Sequence record: PX907402.1
DNA length: 44,317 nucleotides
Direction: 5' to 3' (one strand)
Source: a phage
Under the pieces are notes generated by a model, which did no database searches, was not told the origin of the DNA, and worked only from the letters and a program-made list of their open reading frames with translations. This document shows, one piece after another, positions 25,683-34,317 of this stretch (positions within the stretch are counted from its first letter, which is position 1; each line of letters begins with the position of its first letter). Both the position numbers and the translations under genes were made by a program.

Positions 25683-26285
25683 ATGAAACATTGTGGGCGT
25701 TGTAATACGGATAAAGATGAGTCCGCTTTCAACAAGGGGCAGTCGTGGTGCGCCAAATGCATGGCGGCGTATAAGAAAGAGAGACGAGATAAGGAAAGAG
25801 GAGCGCCGCCGCGCGAAGTATGGCGAGAGTATACCGGGGAGATCGTAACGTGCCGTCAGTGCGGGGAACGCAAGCCGCTTACGCCGGAAAACTTCCGGCC
25901 CGGAAACCGGGCAAGCCAGTCACACATTCGTAAAGAATGCCGGTCGTGCGCTAATAAGTCCCGCCGTGAGTACAACCACCGGACACCAGAGATCCGAGCT
26001 TACTATAAGCTATTTCAGTACCGTAAGGCGGACGAAAGGAAGGGGCTAAACACCGACCTAACCACCGAGGACATGCTACGCCTTTCCTCTCAGCCATGCG
26101 CATACTGCGGATTCACTGGCGACAATGGCGCGGACCGACTCGACAACGCAGTAGGCCATACGAAAGATAACTGCGTGCCGTGCTGCGTAGAGTGCAACAT
26201 AGCCCGCGGGGACCGGTTTACCCCGGACGAAATGAAGAAGTTTATCGGACCTGCCATCGCTGCCGTAAGGAAAAGCCGACAATGA
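25683..26285 (+). CDS. HNH endonuclease with N-terminal zinc-ribbon repeats
   Basis: C-terminal CAYCGF...DRLDNAVGHTKDNCVPCCVECNIARGD HNH motif; N-terminal repeated CxxC...CxxC modules. Confidence 0.7.
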   Translation: MKHCGRCNTDKDESAFNKGQSWCAKCMAAYKKERRDKERGAPPREVWREYTGEIVTCRQCGERKPLTPENFRPGNRASQSHIRKECRSCANKSRREYNHRTPEIRAYYKLFQYRKADERKGLNTDLTTEDMLRLSSQPCAYCGFTGDNGADRLDNAVGHTKDNCVPCCVECNIARGDRFTPDEMKKFIGPAIAAVRKSRQ

Positions 26286-26560
26286 CACCAGAAGGCAAGA
26301 TTCAAAGCCACCTGATGAGACGGGTGAAAGATGTTGGCGGATTCTGCCGAAAACTGGCATGGGAGGGGCGCGCAGGTGCGCCAGACCTGATTATTATCAT
26401 CAACGGCAAAATAGTGTTCGTCGAAGTGAAGCGCCCCGGAGGAAAACCGAAGCCGCACCAGGTACGTGAACATGAGCGAATGGCCCGCCGCGGTGCTGAC
26501 GTTCGCGTTATCGACAACATATCCGACTGCGATTTATTGGTTGCTGAATTGGTCGCATAG
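26282..26560 (+). CDS. VRR-NUC domain nuclease
   Basis: GAPDLIIIINGKIVFVEVKRPGGKPKPHQ matches VRR-NUC core (PD...EVK). Confidence 0.65.
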   Translation: MTPEGKIQSHLMRRVKDVGGFCRKLAWEGRAGAPDLIIIINGKIVFVEVKRPGGKPKPHQVREHERMARRGADVRVIDNISDCDLLVAELVA

Positions 26561-26600
26561 CGGTATAGTGTGCCGGTTAGCCATATCGAGGATTTTAGAG

Positions 26601-26774
26601 ATGATTGAAGAAAAACGATGTAGTAATTGCGGCTGTGTAAAGCCGCTATCCCAGTTCCACAAATACACCGGTAAGACTGCGCGCAGTCCAGACGGGTATC
26701 GGGCAGAGTGCAAATCGTGCCGCAATAAGAAAGAGCGCGAACGGCAGCGCCGCTACCGTGCAGAACAAAAATAA
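26601..26774 (+). CDS. Small zinc-ribbon protein, paralogous to HNH N-terminal module
   Basis: CSNCGCVKPLSQF...CKSCRNKKERERQRR mirrors CRQCGERKPLTPENF...CRSCANKSRREY in 25683..26285. Confidence 0.4.
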   Translation: MIEEKRCSNCGCVKPLSQFHKYTGKTARSPDGYRAECKSCRNKKERERQRRYRAEQK

Positions 26775-26781
26775 TTAATAC

Positions 26782-26804
26782 GGCGGGCTTGTCCCGCCAT
26801 TTTT
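26782..26804 (+). terminator. Intrinsic terminator
   Basis: ggcggg-cttgt-cccgcc followed by TTTTT; contains a TTGTCCCGCC iteron-like sequence. Confidence 0.5.
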
Positions 26805-26811
26805 GGGAGAC

Positions 26812-27036
26812 ATGACGATGAAAGAACATTACCGACTCACCAAGCTGGGCGAATGTAAACCGGGCGATCGCGTATGGTTTATCGCGGGCATGAATGATCC
26901 GCTGCCGTTGACGGTGTGCTGGCAAAAATTTAAGAGCTTCCGGGCTACCGGTGTGCACATCGGACACGCCACCAACTACGACGCTACAAAAAGGAACTGG
27001 AACAGTGAAACCGAAGTCTGGAAAAAGGCGGAATAA
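26812..27036 (+). CDS. Hypothetical protein
   Basis: 74 aa ORF after terminator. Confidence 0.4.
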   Translation: MTMKEHYRLTKLGECKPGDRVWFIAGMNDPLPLTVCWQKFKSFRATGVHIGHATNYDATKRNWNSETEVWKKAE

Positions 27037-27040
27037 AGAA

Positions 27041-28465
27041 ATGGCACGATTCCGACGCCGCGAATATCAGAAGTTGATAACCGCGTTCATCCTCAAGCAT
27101 AAGCGATGTAATATATGGGCGACAATGGGATCCGGTAAAACCGGCGCGACAATGTGGGCGCTGAATAAAATGTTCCAGACTGGCATCCTGTCGAACCAGG
27201 AGGACCGCGTACTGGTGCTGGCCCCGCTGCGCGTTGCATCCGGCACCTGGCCCCCGGAACAGGAGAAATGGCGGTTCTCATCCCTGCTGGTTGTAGACGG
27301 CACCGGGCCGGAGAAGGACCGTATTGCAGCGCTTGAGAGCGACGCTAACGTGGTTTGTGTTAACTACGATGTGGTTGAGTGGCTGGTCGACTATTACGGC
27401 GATGCGTGGCCCTTTACGGTCGTTGTTGCCGATGAATCCACTAAGCTGAAAGGCTACCGAAGCAAGCAGGGAAGTAAGCGCGCACGCGCACTGGCAGCGA
27501 TTGCACATAAACACGTCAAGCGCTGGATTAACCTGACCGGCACACCAGCGCCAAACGGCTTGAAAGACCTGTGGGGGCAGACGTGGTTTGTCGACGGTGG
27601 CGAACGACTCGGCAGTAGTTATAAGGCATTCACCGATCGCTGGTTCATTAGCAAGCCTGTTAAGCCTGGCAGCTTCACGATGCAGCACGCCCCGCTAAAG
27701 AACTCCGAGAAAGAGATACAACAACGTCTGTCTGATGTGTCCCTAACCGTTGACGCGGCTGAATACTTCGGATGCGACAAGCCAATCTATACGCCGGTTG
27801 TTGTGGACCTGCCGAAGAAAGCCCGCAAGATTTATGACCAGTTTGAAAGCGAGCTATTTGCCGAACTGGAAAGCGGAACAGTGGAAGCGGCGAACGCGGC
27901 ATCGAAGACAATTAAGTGCCTTCAGCTTGCATCCGGGGCCGTGTATAAGGTGGACGAAGACGGCGAACGGACCGACGAGTGGGTGAAAATTCACGACGCG
28001 AAGCTGGACGCGCTGGAAAGTATCGTGGAGGAGTTGAACGGCGCGCCGTTGCTCGTCGCGTATCAGTATAAACATGACCTGGCTCGTCTTAAGAAGAAAT
28101 TTCCGCACGGCGTTGCGTTGGGTAAAGGTAAGCAGGGCAATAAGGATATGGAAGCGTGGAACAGGGGCGAGATCCCCATCATGTTTGCGCACCCGGCATC
28201 GGCAGGCCACGGCCTTAACTTGCAGGACGGCGGTCATCACCTGGCAATCTTCTCCGATACATGGAACTTTGAGCATTTTTCGCAGATCGTTGAACGTATC
28301 GGGCCGGTTCGCCAGATGCAGGCCGGACACCCTCGACCGGTATTCGTCTACATTATCCAGGCGCGCGGCACACTGGATGAACTGGTCGCCGAACGTCGCG
28401 ACAGCAAGCGGGATATCCAGGACGACTTGATGGAATACATGAAAGCTAAAAAGGCGCGCAAATGA
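27041..28465 (+). CDS. SNF2/DEAD-like superfamily 2 helicase
   Basis: Motif I ATMGSGKT, motif II VVADESTK, motif III NLTGTP. Confidence 0.8.
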   Translation: MARFRRREYQKLITAFILKHKRCNIWATMGSGKTGATMWALNKMFQTGILSNQEDRVLVLAPLRVASGTWPPEQEKWRFSSLLVVDGTGPEKDRIAALESDANVVCVNYDVVEWLVDYYGDAWPFTVVVADESTKLKGYRSKQGSKRARALAAIAHKHVKRWINLTGTPAPNGLKDLWGQTWFVDGGERLGSSYKAFTDRWFISKPVKPGSFTMQHAPLKNSEKEIQQRLSDVSLTVDAAEYFGCDKPIYTPVVVDLPKKARKIYDQFESELFAELESGTVEAANAASKTIKCLQLASGAVYKVDEDGERTDEWVKIHDAKLDALESIVEELNGAPLLVAYQYKHDLARLKKKFPHGVALGKGKQGNKDMEAWNRGEIPIMFAHPASAGHGLNLQDGGHHLAIFSDTWNFEHFSQIVERIGPVRQMQAGHPRPVFVYIIQARGTLDELVAERRDSKRDIQDDLMEYMKAKKARK

Positions 28466-29157
28466 TTATCTGGTCATTATTTGACGGCAGCGGCTTGATG
28501 ATTGAGCGTGCTGCCGAGATGGGGCATAAGTGTTATTGCTTCAACTACTCCGAAGCCGATCACGGATCATACCTTGACTACCGGATTTATGGTCGCGGAA
28601 TACGCTATCGCAATGAGTTTATCGATCTGGACTTTGTAGATCGCGCGATGAATGGCGATTTCGGTACGCCAGATATCATCTACGCATTCCCGCCGTGTAC
28701 TGATCTGGCGGTGAGCGGTGCGCCAGCTTTCCCGCGCAAACGCGCCCGCGACCCGGCCTTCCAGCTTAAGGCGGTGCGCACCGCGAAGATCGCAGCTTAC
28801 CTGGGTGACTTCTTCGAAGTGCCATATATGATTGAGAATCCGCGCAGTGTGCTTTCCACCCAGTGGCGCAAGCCAGACCACTCGTTCGACCCGTGGGAGT
28901 ATGGGGGATATCTGCCGGAGGATGACGTACACCCGCTCTTCCCGGAATACATCAACGCCCGCGATTCATATCCGAAGCTGACTTGCTTATGGACCGGCAA
29001 CGGCTTCCGTATGCCAGAGAAGAAACCTGTTTTCGTTGAAAAAGGGTACTCGAAGCAGTATAGTCGCCTCGGAGGCAAATCAGCCCGCACAAAATTAATC
29101 CGGTCGCTCACCCCGCGCGGCTTCGCGATAGCGGTCAATGAGGAAAATTTAAAATGA
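28462..29157 (+). CDS. DNA cytosine-C5 methyltransferase-like protein (short, 231 aa)
   Basis: Motif I-like LFDGSG, motif IV-like FPPCTDLAVSGA (Pro-Cys), motif VI-like ENPRSVL. Confidence 0.55.
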   Translation: MIIWSLFDGSGLMIERAAEMGHKCYCFNYSEADHGSYLDYRIYGRGIRYRNEFIDLDFVDRAMNGDFGTPDIIYAFPPCTDLAVSGAPAFPRKRARDPAFQLKAVRTAKIAAYLGDFFEVPYMIENPRSVLSTQWRKPDHSFDPWEYGGYLPEDDVHPLFPEYINARDSYPKLTCLWTGNGFRMPEKKPVFVEKGYSKQYSRLGGKSARTKLIRSLTPRGFAIAVNEENLK

Positions 29158-29477
29158 ATACTACATTCGAAGCCATTGATTTTTCGGTTGCAATGACTAA
29201 CCAGTTATTCTCCTACGACAGCAAAACCGGCGTCATTCGTCTGAAGTCCACCGGCTGCAAAATTGGCAACCTTAACACTGCCGATGGCGGCACGCGCATC
29301 GAATGCAACGGCAAGACGCTGTCTGGCGCACGCGTGGCGTGGATTATTGAGACGGGCCATACAATCCCTCCAGGCTTCGCCGTTGTGTGCCGCCAGCGCA
29401 CTCCAGGGCACTACGGCAACCGCATGAGCAACCTGTATCTGGTAGACGTTGCGCGCGACCCGAACTTTTATGCGTAA
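29154..29477 (+). CDS. Hypothetical protein, possible degenerate HNH/AP2-like DNA-binding domain
   Basis: 107 aa; weak resemblance only. Confidence 0.3.
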   Translation: MNTTFEAIDFSVAMTNQLFSYDSKTGVIRLKSTGCKIGNLNTADGGTRIECNGKTLSGARVAWIIETGHTIPPGFAVVCRQRTPGHYGNRMSNLYLVDVARDPNFYA

Positions 29478-29511
29478 ATTGGTTGCATAATCATATTGGT
29501 TGCATTATATT
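29478..29511 (+). promoter_or_regulatory. Candidate promoter with two ATTGGTTGCAT direct repeats
   Basis: Motif copies 29478-29488 and 29495-29505; TTGCAT (29483-29488), 17 bp spacer, TATATT (29506-29511). Confidence 0.5.
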
Positions 29512-29559
29512 GAGGGTGTCCGGTTTGGACGCCCTTTTTTAATACCTGGAGACACCACG

Positions 29560-30018
29560 ATGAAAATTTTACAAGAAGAGAAAAATTACTGGGCCGCGCA
29601 ATGCCTCGAAGCCCGCGAACAGGCCGAACGTGCGAACGCGGTGGCGGACACCAACCAGGCGCTATATGAAGGCGAGAAGAAAGTGCTCCAGGAGCTAGAG
29701 GAGCGCTTCGAACTGCTTTTCGAATTGATGGGGATTATGCAGCGCACCGGATACACAACCAGCGTTGCACTAAACCGCATCACCGCCGAAGGTCTGCGCG
29801 AGCATTGCAAACGGGCCGAGGAATACGTGCGCCCGAAGGGAAGCCAGTCTTCGATCCCGCGGAAAGGACTGGTGCATATAGCGTGGCGTGCAAACGGAAG
29901 CTACTATTCCGATAGCCGACCGCTCAGTAGGGAGGAGATGTCCCGAGTCCAACGTGTGCTGTCTAGCGGCAAGAAAACCGCCCTGTATGCGATAGATCCA
30001 GACTATGACGGAGAATGA
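29560..30018 (+). CDS. Hypothetical protein
   Basis: 152 aa ORF downstream of promoter. Confidence 0.5.
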   Translation: MKILQEEKNYWAAQCLEAREQAERANAVADTNQALYEGEKKVLQELEERFELLFELMGIMQRTGYTTSVALNRITAEGLREHCKRAEEYVRPKGSQSSIPRKGLVHIAWRANGSYYSDSRPLSREEMSRVQRVLSSGKKTALYAIDPDYDGE

Positions 30019-30490
30019 GCAAAAAGATAGCTGGCGCACGCCGCCAGCTTTATTTAAACCGCTTCGTCGGAAGTACCGATTCCGTTACGATATGGCGGCA
30101 AGCGATGCAAACCACCTGCTCCCGCGTTACTTCACGGCGGAACACAGCGCGCTTGATGTGGACTGGGCAGAGTTGAAAGGGTGGAAGTGGTGCAATCCGC
30201 CGTATTCCGATCCGCTGCCGTGGGTAGAGTGCGCAGCGCACGGACGCCGGACTGTCATGCTACTGAATCAGGACACGTCGACGAAGTGGGCGAAGCTGGC
30301 CCGGAAGACTGCAAACCTGATAATTCTTCTGGACTGGCGGATTAGATTCATTCACGCCGTCACCGGCGAAGTCGGGCCGAGCAATAACAAGTGCCAGCAA
30401 TTGATAATCTTTGACGAAGCGCCACCCATCGGCAGCGCACAAATTGAAATAATGAGCGAAGGAGAACTCCTTGAATATCTTAATCGTTGA
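30005..30490 (+). CDS. DNA N6-adenine methyltransferase (phage Dam-like)
   Basis: WRTPPALF...DMAASDANHLLPRYFT...WCNPPYS (NPPY catalytic motif). Confidence 0.7.
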   Translation: MTENEQKDSWRTPPALFKPLRRKYRFRYDMAASDANHLLPRYFTAEHSALDVDWAELKGWKWCNPPYSDPLPWVECAAHGRRTVMLLNQDTSTKWAKLARKTANLIILLDWRIRFIHAVTGEVGPSNNKCQQLIIFDEAPPIGSAQIEIMSEGELLEYLNR

Positions 30491-30695
30491 CCGCAGTATG
30501 CGCGTCGTGGACGAAATTGTTAAACGCTACCAAATTAACCCGAGGGAGAACAAAGTACGGCGGGTCAGCCGCCCGGAGCAATTGCTCGGCCTGGACCTTA
30601 CCGGCTGGCTTGTAATGACGGCCCGCTATCATCTTGTGTGTGACACGTTTTCCGCCCGTATTGTTCGTACGAATCTTATCGAGGAGTTGAAATGA
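30471..30695 (+). CDS. Hypothetical protein (start uncertain: TTG 30471 or ATG 30498)
   Basis: Small ORF with gaaggag RBS before TTG. Confidence 0.3.
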   Translation: MNILIVDRSMRVVDEIVKRYQINPRENKVRRVSRPEQLLGLDLTGWLVMTARYHLVCDTFSARIVRTNLIEELK

Positions 30696-31162
30696 AACTA
30701 CTGATTTGTGATCTGGATGGCGTTATTAACGGTTCAAGCGACGCGCGTGCCGACCTGGTGCCGGGGATAAAAACGAAATCAACCTTTTGGGCAAAGTGGC
30801 ACAAAGCGCACGTCCGCGAAGACCTGAACATGGATATGCTGCCGCTGCTGCGCATGTACAAAGAGCAAGGCTTCGAGATAGCGTATCTGACAAACCGGCA
30901 GCGCGAATGTTGGGACACCACCGCCGAGCAACTGAAGGTCTTCCCTGTAGGTCGGTTGTTTATGCGCCACATGTTGGACGACACCCCACCGCCTGAGTTT
31001 AAGGCGTGCGCCGTGTTCAAAATGGTCTGCTACGCGGACGTGTCTGAACTTGTCATCATTGAGGACTGCCCGAAGAACATCGCGGCAATTCGTCGGGCGT
31101 GCAGCGATCTGGTCCCGAAAATTTACGCAATTAACGTTGCAAAATTCACTTGCAACCAATAG
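30692..31162 (+). CDS. HAD-superfamily phosphatase / nucleotidase-like
   Basis: N-terminal LICDLDGVI (DxDG motif I); later YLTNR and IIEDC. Confidence 0.55.
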   Translation: MKLLICDLDGVINGSSDARADLVPGIKTKSTFWAKWHKAHVREDLNMDMLPLLRMYKEQGFEIAYLTNRQRECWDTTAEQLKVFPVGRLFMRHMLDDTPPPEFKACAVFKMVCYADVSELVIIEDCPKNIAAIRRACSDLVPKIYAINVAKFTCNQ

Positions 31163-31179
31163 GTTGGTTGCATTATATT
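31150..31179 (+). promoter_or_regulatory. Candidate promoter containing perfect palindrome TGCAACCAAT-AGG-TTGGTTGCA
   Basis: TTGCAA (31150-31155), 18 bp spacer, TATATT (31174-31179). Confidence 0.5.
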
Positions 31180-31221
31180 TAACTCGTCGGGGCAATACGG
31201 CCCCGCTAAAGGAAAAACATC

Positions 31222-31776
31222 ATGAAAGCATACGAATACTGCAAAAACGCCGCCACCACTATGGAACAGCGCGGGAAAGAGAATGGCTATGACAACGCGA
31301 AAGAAGAACGCAGTGCTAAGCAGATCGCTGCCGTGTTTAACGCTCTTACCGGTCGCGACCTAACCGAGCAAGAAGCCTGGACCTTCCTGATTTGCCTGAA
31401 GCTGGTGCGCCAGCACCGTAAGCACCAGGAAGACAATATCGTCGACCTGGTAGCGTATGCCGCATTGCTGGGCGAGTCTTACATGACCGTGCATGACGAG
31501 ATTCAGGTCGATACAACGGCAGAACAGTTTGAAAGCCTCAAAGGTCTGTCCGTGCGTCTTGATGGCGAGATTAATGCGTATAACAGTGCGATGCGCGTTG
31601 CCGAGGAGACTGTGGCCTCGTTCGGCAAGACGGTGAAGGCCCACGATTTTGGGGTTGTAGCGCAAGACGTCCAGCCTATGGTCGTGCTCACCGGCGAAGA
31701 CGGATCGAAAATCTGCATGACGCAGGAAGATTTCCGTAACATGGAAAAAACACTGGTGACTGGCGCACTTAAATAA
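31222..31776 (+). CDS. Hypothetical protein
   Basis: 184 aa ORF; RBS aaaggaaaaa. Confidence 0.5.
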   Translation: MKAYEYCKNAATTMEQRGKENGYDNAKEERSAKQIAAVFNALTGRDLTEQEAWTFLICLKLVRQHRKHQEDNIVDLVAYAALLGESYMTVHDEIQVDTTAEQFESLKGLSVRLDGEINAYNSAMRVAEETVASFGKTVKAHDFGVVAQDVQPMVVLTGEDGSKICMTQEDFRNMEKTLVTGALK

Positions 31777-31818
31777 TTCTAATAGCGGGCTTCGGCCCGC
31801 ATCAATGAGGGCCACACA

Positions 31819-32394
31819 ATGTACGGCGAATATGAAATAACAGGTAAACAATTCCACCTGGCGGCAATGATCGCAAGCATAGAGTTTGACCAGTGGCGGT
31901 ATAAGTCCGACGCGTGCAAGCAAAGCAGACTCGTCGGTGTGCTGGGCGAAATGTTTGCAGGCATGTACCTCGAAGGGCAGGCGGGCGGGCGTAGCTGTAT
32001 CCCGCAAGGTTTGCTAATGCGTACCGGCCTGTTTAGCGCCAACACCATTGACCGCGGCGATATTATCATGGTCGGCAAACGCAAGGTGAAGTCCGGGCCA
32101 GACTTCCGTGAGCATGTGATCGATGCCGTATGGACATATGAGGTTAAGGCCACAAGCGGCATACGTCGCGGGCTGGTCGATGCACGTTGCGCTCGCGAGT
32201 ATCTCACTCGTCGCGTTGCCGGTGTTATCCTGGTGGGCGTAGATTTCGGGCAGCATAGCGCGCACGGCGTTATTGAAGATATCGCGGAACCGTACGTGAT
32301 TGTGAATGACTGGCCTATTGTTGAAGTAGACGGCAAGGAATATTACGAAAGTCCGCTGGTGCGGCGCAAAATGGATTGGGAAAACTCAAACTAA
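31819..32394 (+). CDS. Hypothetical protein
   Basis: 191 aa ORF; possible D...E-V-K nuclease-like motif, unconfirmed. Confidence 0.45.
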   Translation: MYGEYEITGKQFHLAAMIASIEFDQWRYKSDACKQSRLVGVLGEMFAGMYLEGQAGGRSCIPQGLLMRTGLFSANTIDRGDIIMVGKRKVKSGPDFREHVIDAVWTYEVKATSGIRRGLVDARCAREYLTRRVAGVILVGVDFGQHSAHGVIEDIAEPYVIVNDWPIVEVDGKEYYESPLVRRKMDWENSN

Positions 32395-32414
32395 AAAAGG
32401 GGCCATACGGCCCC
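32393..32414. terminator. Bidirectional terminator between convergent plus and minus units
   Basis: ggggcc-atac-ggcccc with A-run upstream and T-rich downstream. Confidence 0.55.
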
Positions 32415-32420
32415 TTCTCG

Positions 32421-34019
32421 TTATGATTTAGCCTGTGCCGCTACTGCAGCTTTCAGTTCCTCCAGTTCTTTCTGCATATCATCCATCTTATCCATCAGTG
32501 CTAGTATGGCTTCGTGATGTAGCGCGGCGGACACCCCCGCTGTGTCGACGCTCATTACATCTTCAACAACTGTATCATCTTCAAGTGTGACAGGGTTTTT
32601 GTTTACCACTCTAACAGCATCTGGAAAATACTTTTGCACTTCCTGTGCTACAAAACCAAAACCTTTAAGTGGGTTATTTTTGAAGCGCATAGTCCATGAT
32701 ACGCCTCGAATAGAGCGCATCTTAGTTAGCGGGTCCGCTATTCTAACTATATTTTTTTTTACTCTGATGTCGGATGTGTTGACCCAGTTTGCGGCGCTTG
32801 CGGTGCCGTTGTTATTGAATACATAGTCACAATTCATACCCTGACCGCTGTAAACTGACAGTTGGCATGCCGCCATATCCTGACCGGAACCACGTATACC
32901 ACCGATACGCCACGCGCCATCGAACCATCCGCCTTCTAAATAGTTCGCCCAACCTGACGCCGGCGTGTCTGCCGGGTTCCACATCCAGATGTGGTTTCGG
33001 GGAATACCGTCCGGTATTCCAAAAAAGCGTCCGATGTTGCCGAACACATCGAGAGGCCGAACGACAGGCCATAAGTCCGCAACCTTGTTTACGCCAGTAC
33101 CACCAGACTCGACTGCAAGAGGCGTGCTGAAGGTTTGCGCCTGGGACCATGTGTTTGCGCCGTTTAGTGTCGGCACGTTATCCCCAGACGTGCCGACATT
33201 TAGCGTCGCCGCGGACCCCAAGCCTAAGTTACCCCGCGCTGCCGTTGTGTCGGCAACGTCGCTAAGGTTGTTGCCCTTTGCCAGAAATCTAGACGGGTCG
33301 ATCTCATTCTTGAATTGTTCGGCTTCGTTCCGGTATCCCTGCGCGGCAGTGCTGGCGGCTTGCGCGGCAGTGCTGGCGGCTTGCGCGGCAGTGCTGGCGA
33401 CGTTGGCCTCGTCCCTCATAGCGCCGGTGTCAGTCTTGATCTGGTTCGTCTGGTCCTTGATGGTCTGCGTATCCGTCTTAATCTGGTTGGTGGCGTCGCG
33501 AATACTAGCCGTCTCGGTCTTGAAGCCTTCGGCCTCATTGCGAAACCCTTGCGCGGCTGCTTCCGATGCGGCGGTTTGTTGTTGCAGGTTGCGCATTTCA
33601 ACTGGGTCAACTTGCTTCATCAATTGCGACAGGTAACCCCAGGACATACCCTGCATAACTTGCCCGTTCGGTAGCGTTACCGTGATTTCTTCTTCGTCTC
33701 CGAAGATTGCGCGCCAGTTGTTTTCGTCCGCGATCATCAAGCGCAACGCTTTCTGCGCTTGGACGGTTACGCCCATCGTTGCCAGTGACATGGTATCGCG
33801 CTTAACGCCATCCCACGCAAGGCCGGTTGCCGTTGGGCCGTCGAACGGCAGAACCAGAGTGAGCGACGTGTCGCTTTCAACGGACGCGATTGCCACGGTG
33901 TAGGGGACTTGTCCTACAACCAGCGTTAAGAAGTCGCCTGCGTTAAACGCGGTAAACGTCGTGCCGACCCCGACAACCGCCTTGCTGTTATTCGTTACGG
34001 ATAGAGTACCCGCTGCCAT
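32421..34019 (-). CDS. Tail fibre protein with C-terminal intramolecular chaperone (peptidase S74-like) domain
   Basis: C-terminal SDIRVKKNIVRIADP...VDTAGVSAALHHEAILALMDKMDDMQKELEELK resembles the auto-cleaving chaperone of phage fibres/endosialidases; internal (STAAQAA)x3 repeat. Confidence 0.75.
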   Translation of the reverse strand: MAAGTLSVTNNSKAVVGVGTTFTAFNAGDFLTLVVGQVPYTVAIASVESDTSLTLVLPFDGPTATGLAWDGVKRDTMSLATMGVTVQAQKALRLMIADENNWRAIFGDEEEITVTLPNGQVMQGMSWGYLSQLMKQVDPVEMRNLQQQTAASEAAAQGFRNEAEGFKTETASIRDATNQIKTDTQTIKDQTNQIKTDTGAMRDEANVASTAAQAASTAAQAASTAAQGYRNEAEQFKNEIDPSRFLAKGNNLSDVADTTAARGNLGLGSAATLNVGTSGDNVPTLNGANTWSQAQTFSTPLAVESGGTGVNKVADLWPVVRPLDVFGNIGRFFGIPDGIPRNHIWMWNPADTPASGWANYLEGGWFDGAWRIGGIRGSGQDMAACQLSVYSGQGMNCDYVFNNNGTASAANWVNTSDIRVKKNIVRIADPLTKMRSIRGVSWTMRFKNNPLKGFGFVAQEVQKYFPDAVRVVNKNPVTLEDDTVVEDVMSVDTAGVSAALHHEAILALMDKMDDMQKELEELKAAVAAQAKS

Positions 34020-34034
34020 AGCTAAATCCTCATA

Positions 34035-34068
34035 ATTGGTTGCATTCTTGATCGAGCGGTGTAATACT
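34035..34068 (+). promoter_or_regulatory. Candidate promoter for lipoprotein moron
   Basis: ATTGGTTGCAT with TTGCAT (34040-34045), ~17 bp spacer, AATACT. Confidence 0.4.
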
Positions 34069-34098
34069 TAAACTCAACCAAATTTAGGAGATGATACC

Positions 34099-34317
34099 AT
34101 GAAAACTTTAATTATGATTTGTGCGGTTCTTTTGTCCGGTTGTGCCAACATGCCGTCTAAAATCTGCGACGCAACATACATGAATAGTGGTATGGAGTAT
34201 TCCGTCCCTGTGTTTGGGGTTGCGGACGTTAGCGGTCATAAAATGCTCAAGGCCGGGTATCCGTTCAACTTCCAGTATGTGTCGATAGACCACTTCAAAA
34301 GCACCACCTGCGAATAA
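34099..34317 (+). CDS. Lipoprotein, possible Cor-like superinfection exclusion protein
   Basis: Signal peptide with lipobox LLSG-C, 72 aa, RBS aggag, own promoter and terminator, opposite strand to tail genes. Confidence 0.55.
   Translation: MKTLIMICAVLLSGCANMPSKICDATYMNSGMEYSVPVFGVADVSGHKMLKAGYPFNFQYVSIDHFKSTTCE

Noticed and set aside
23325-26285. Intron or intein in the DNA polymerase gene suggested by the adjacent HNH endonuclease
   Set aside because: The polymerase ORF is continuous with its conserved motifs in the usual order; the HNH gene is free-standing downstream.
31784-31799. Hairpin gcgggc-ttcg-gcccgc after gene 31222..31776 as a terminator
   Set aside because: No U-tract follows on either strand; more likely an RNA stability or structural element, not called.
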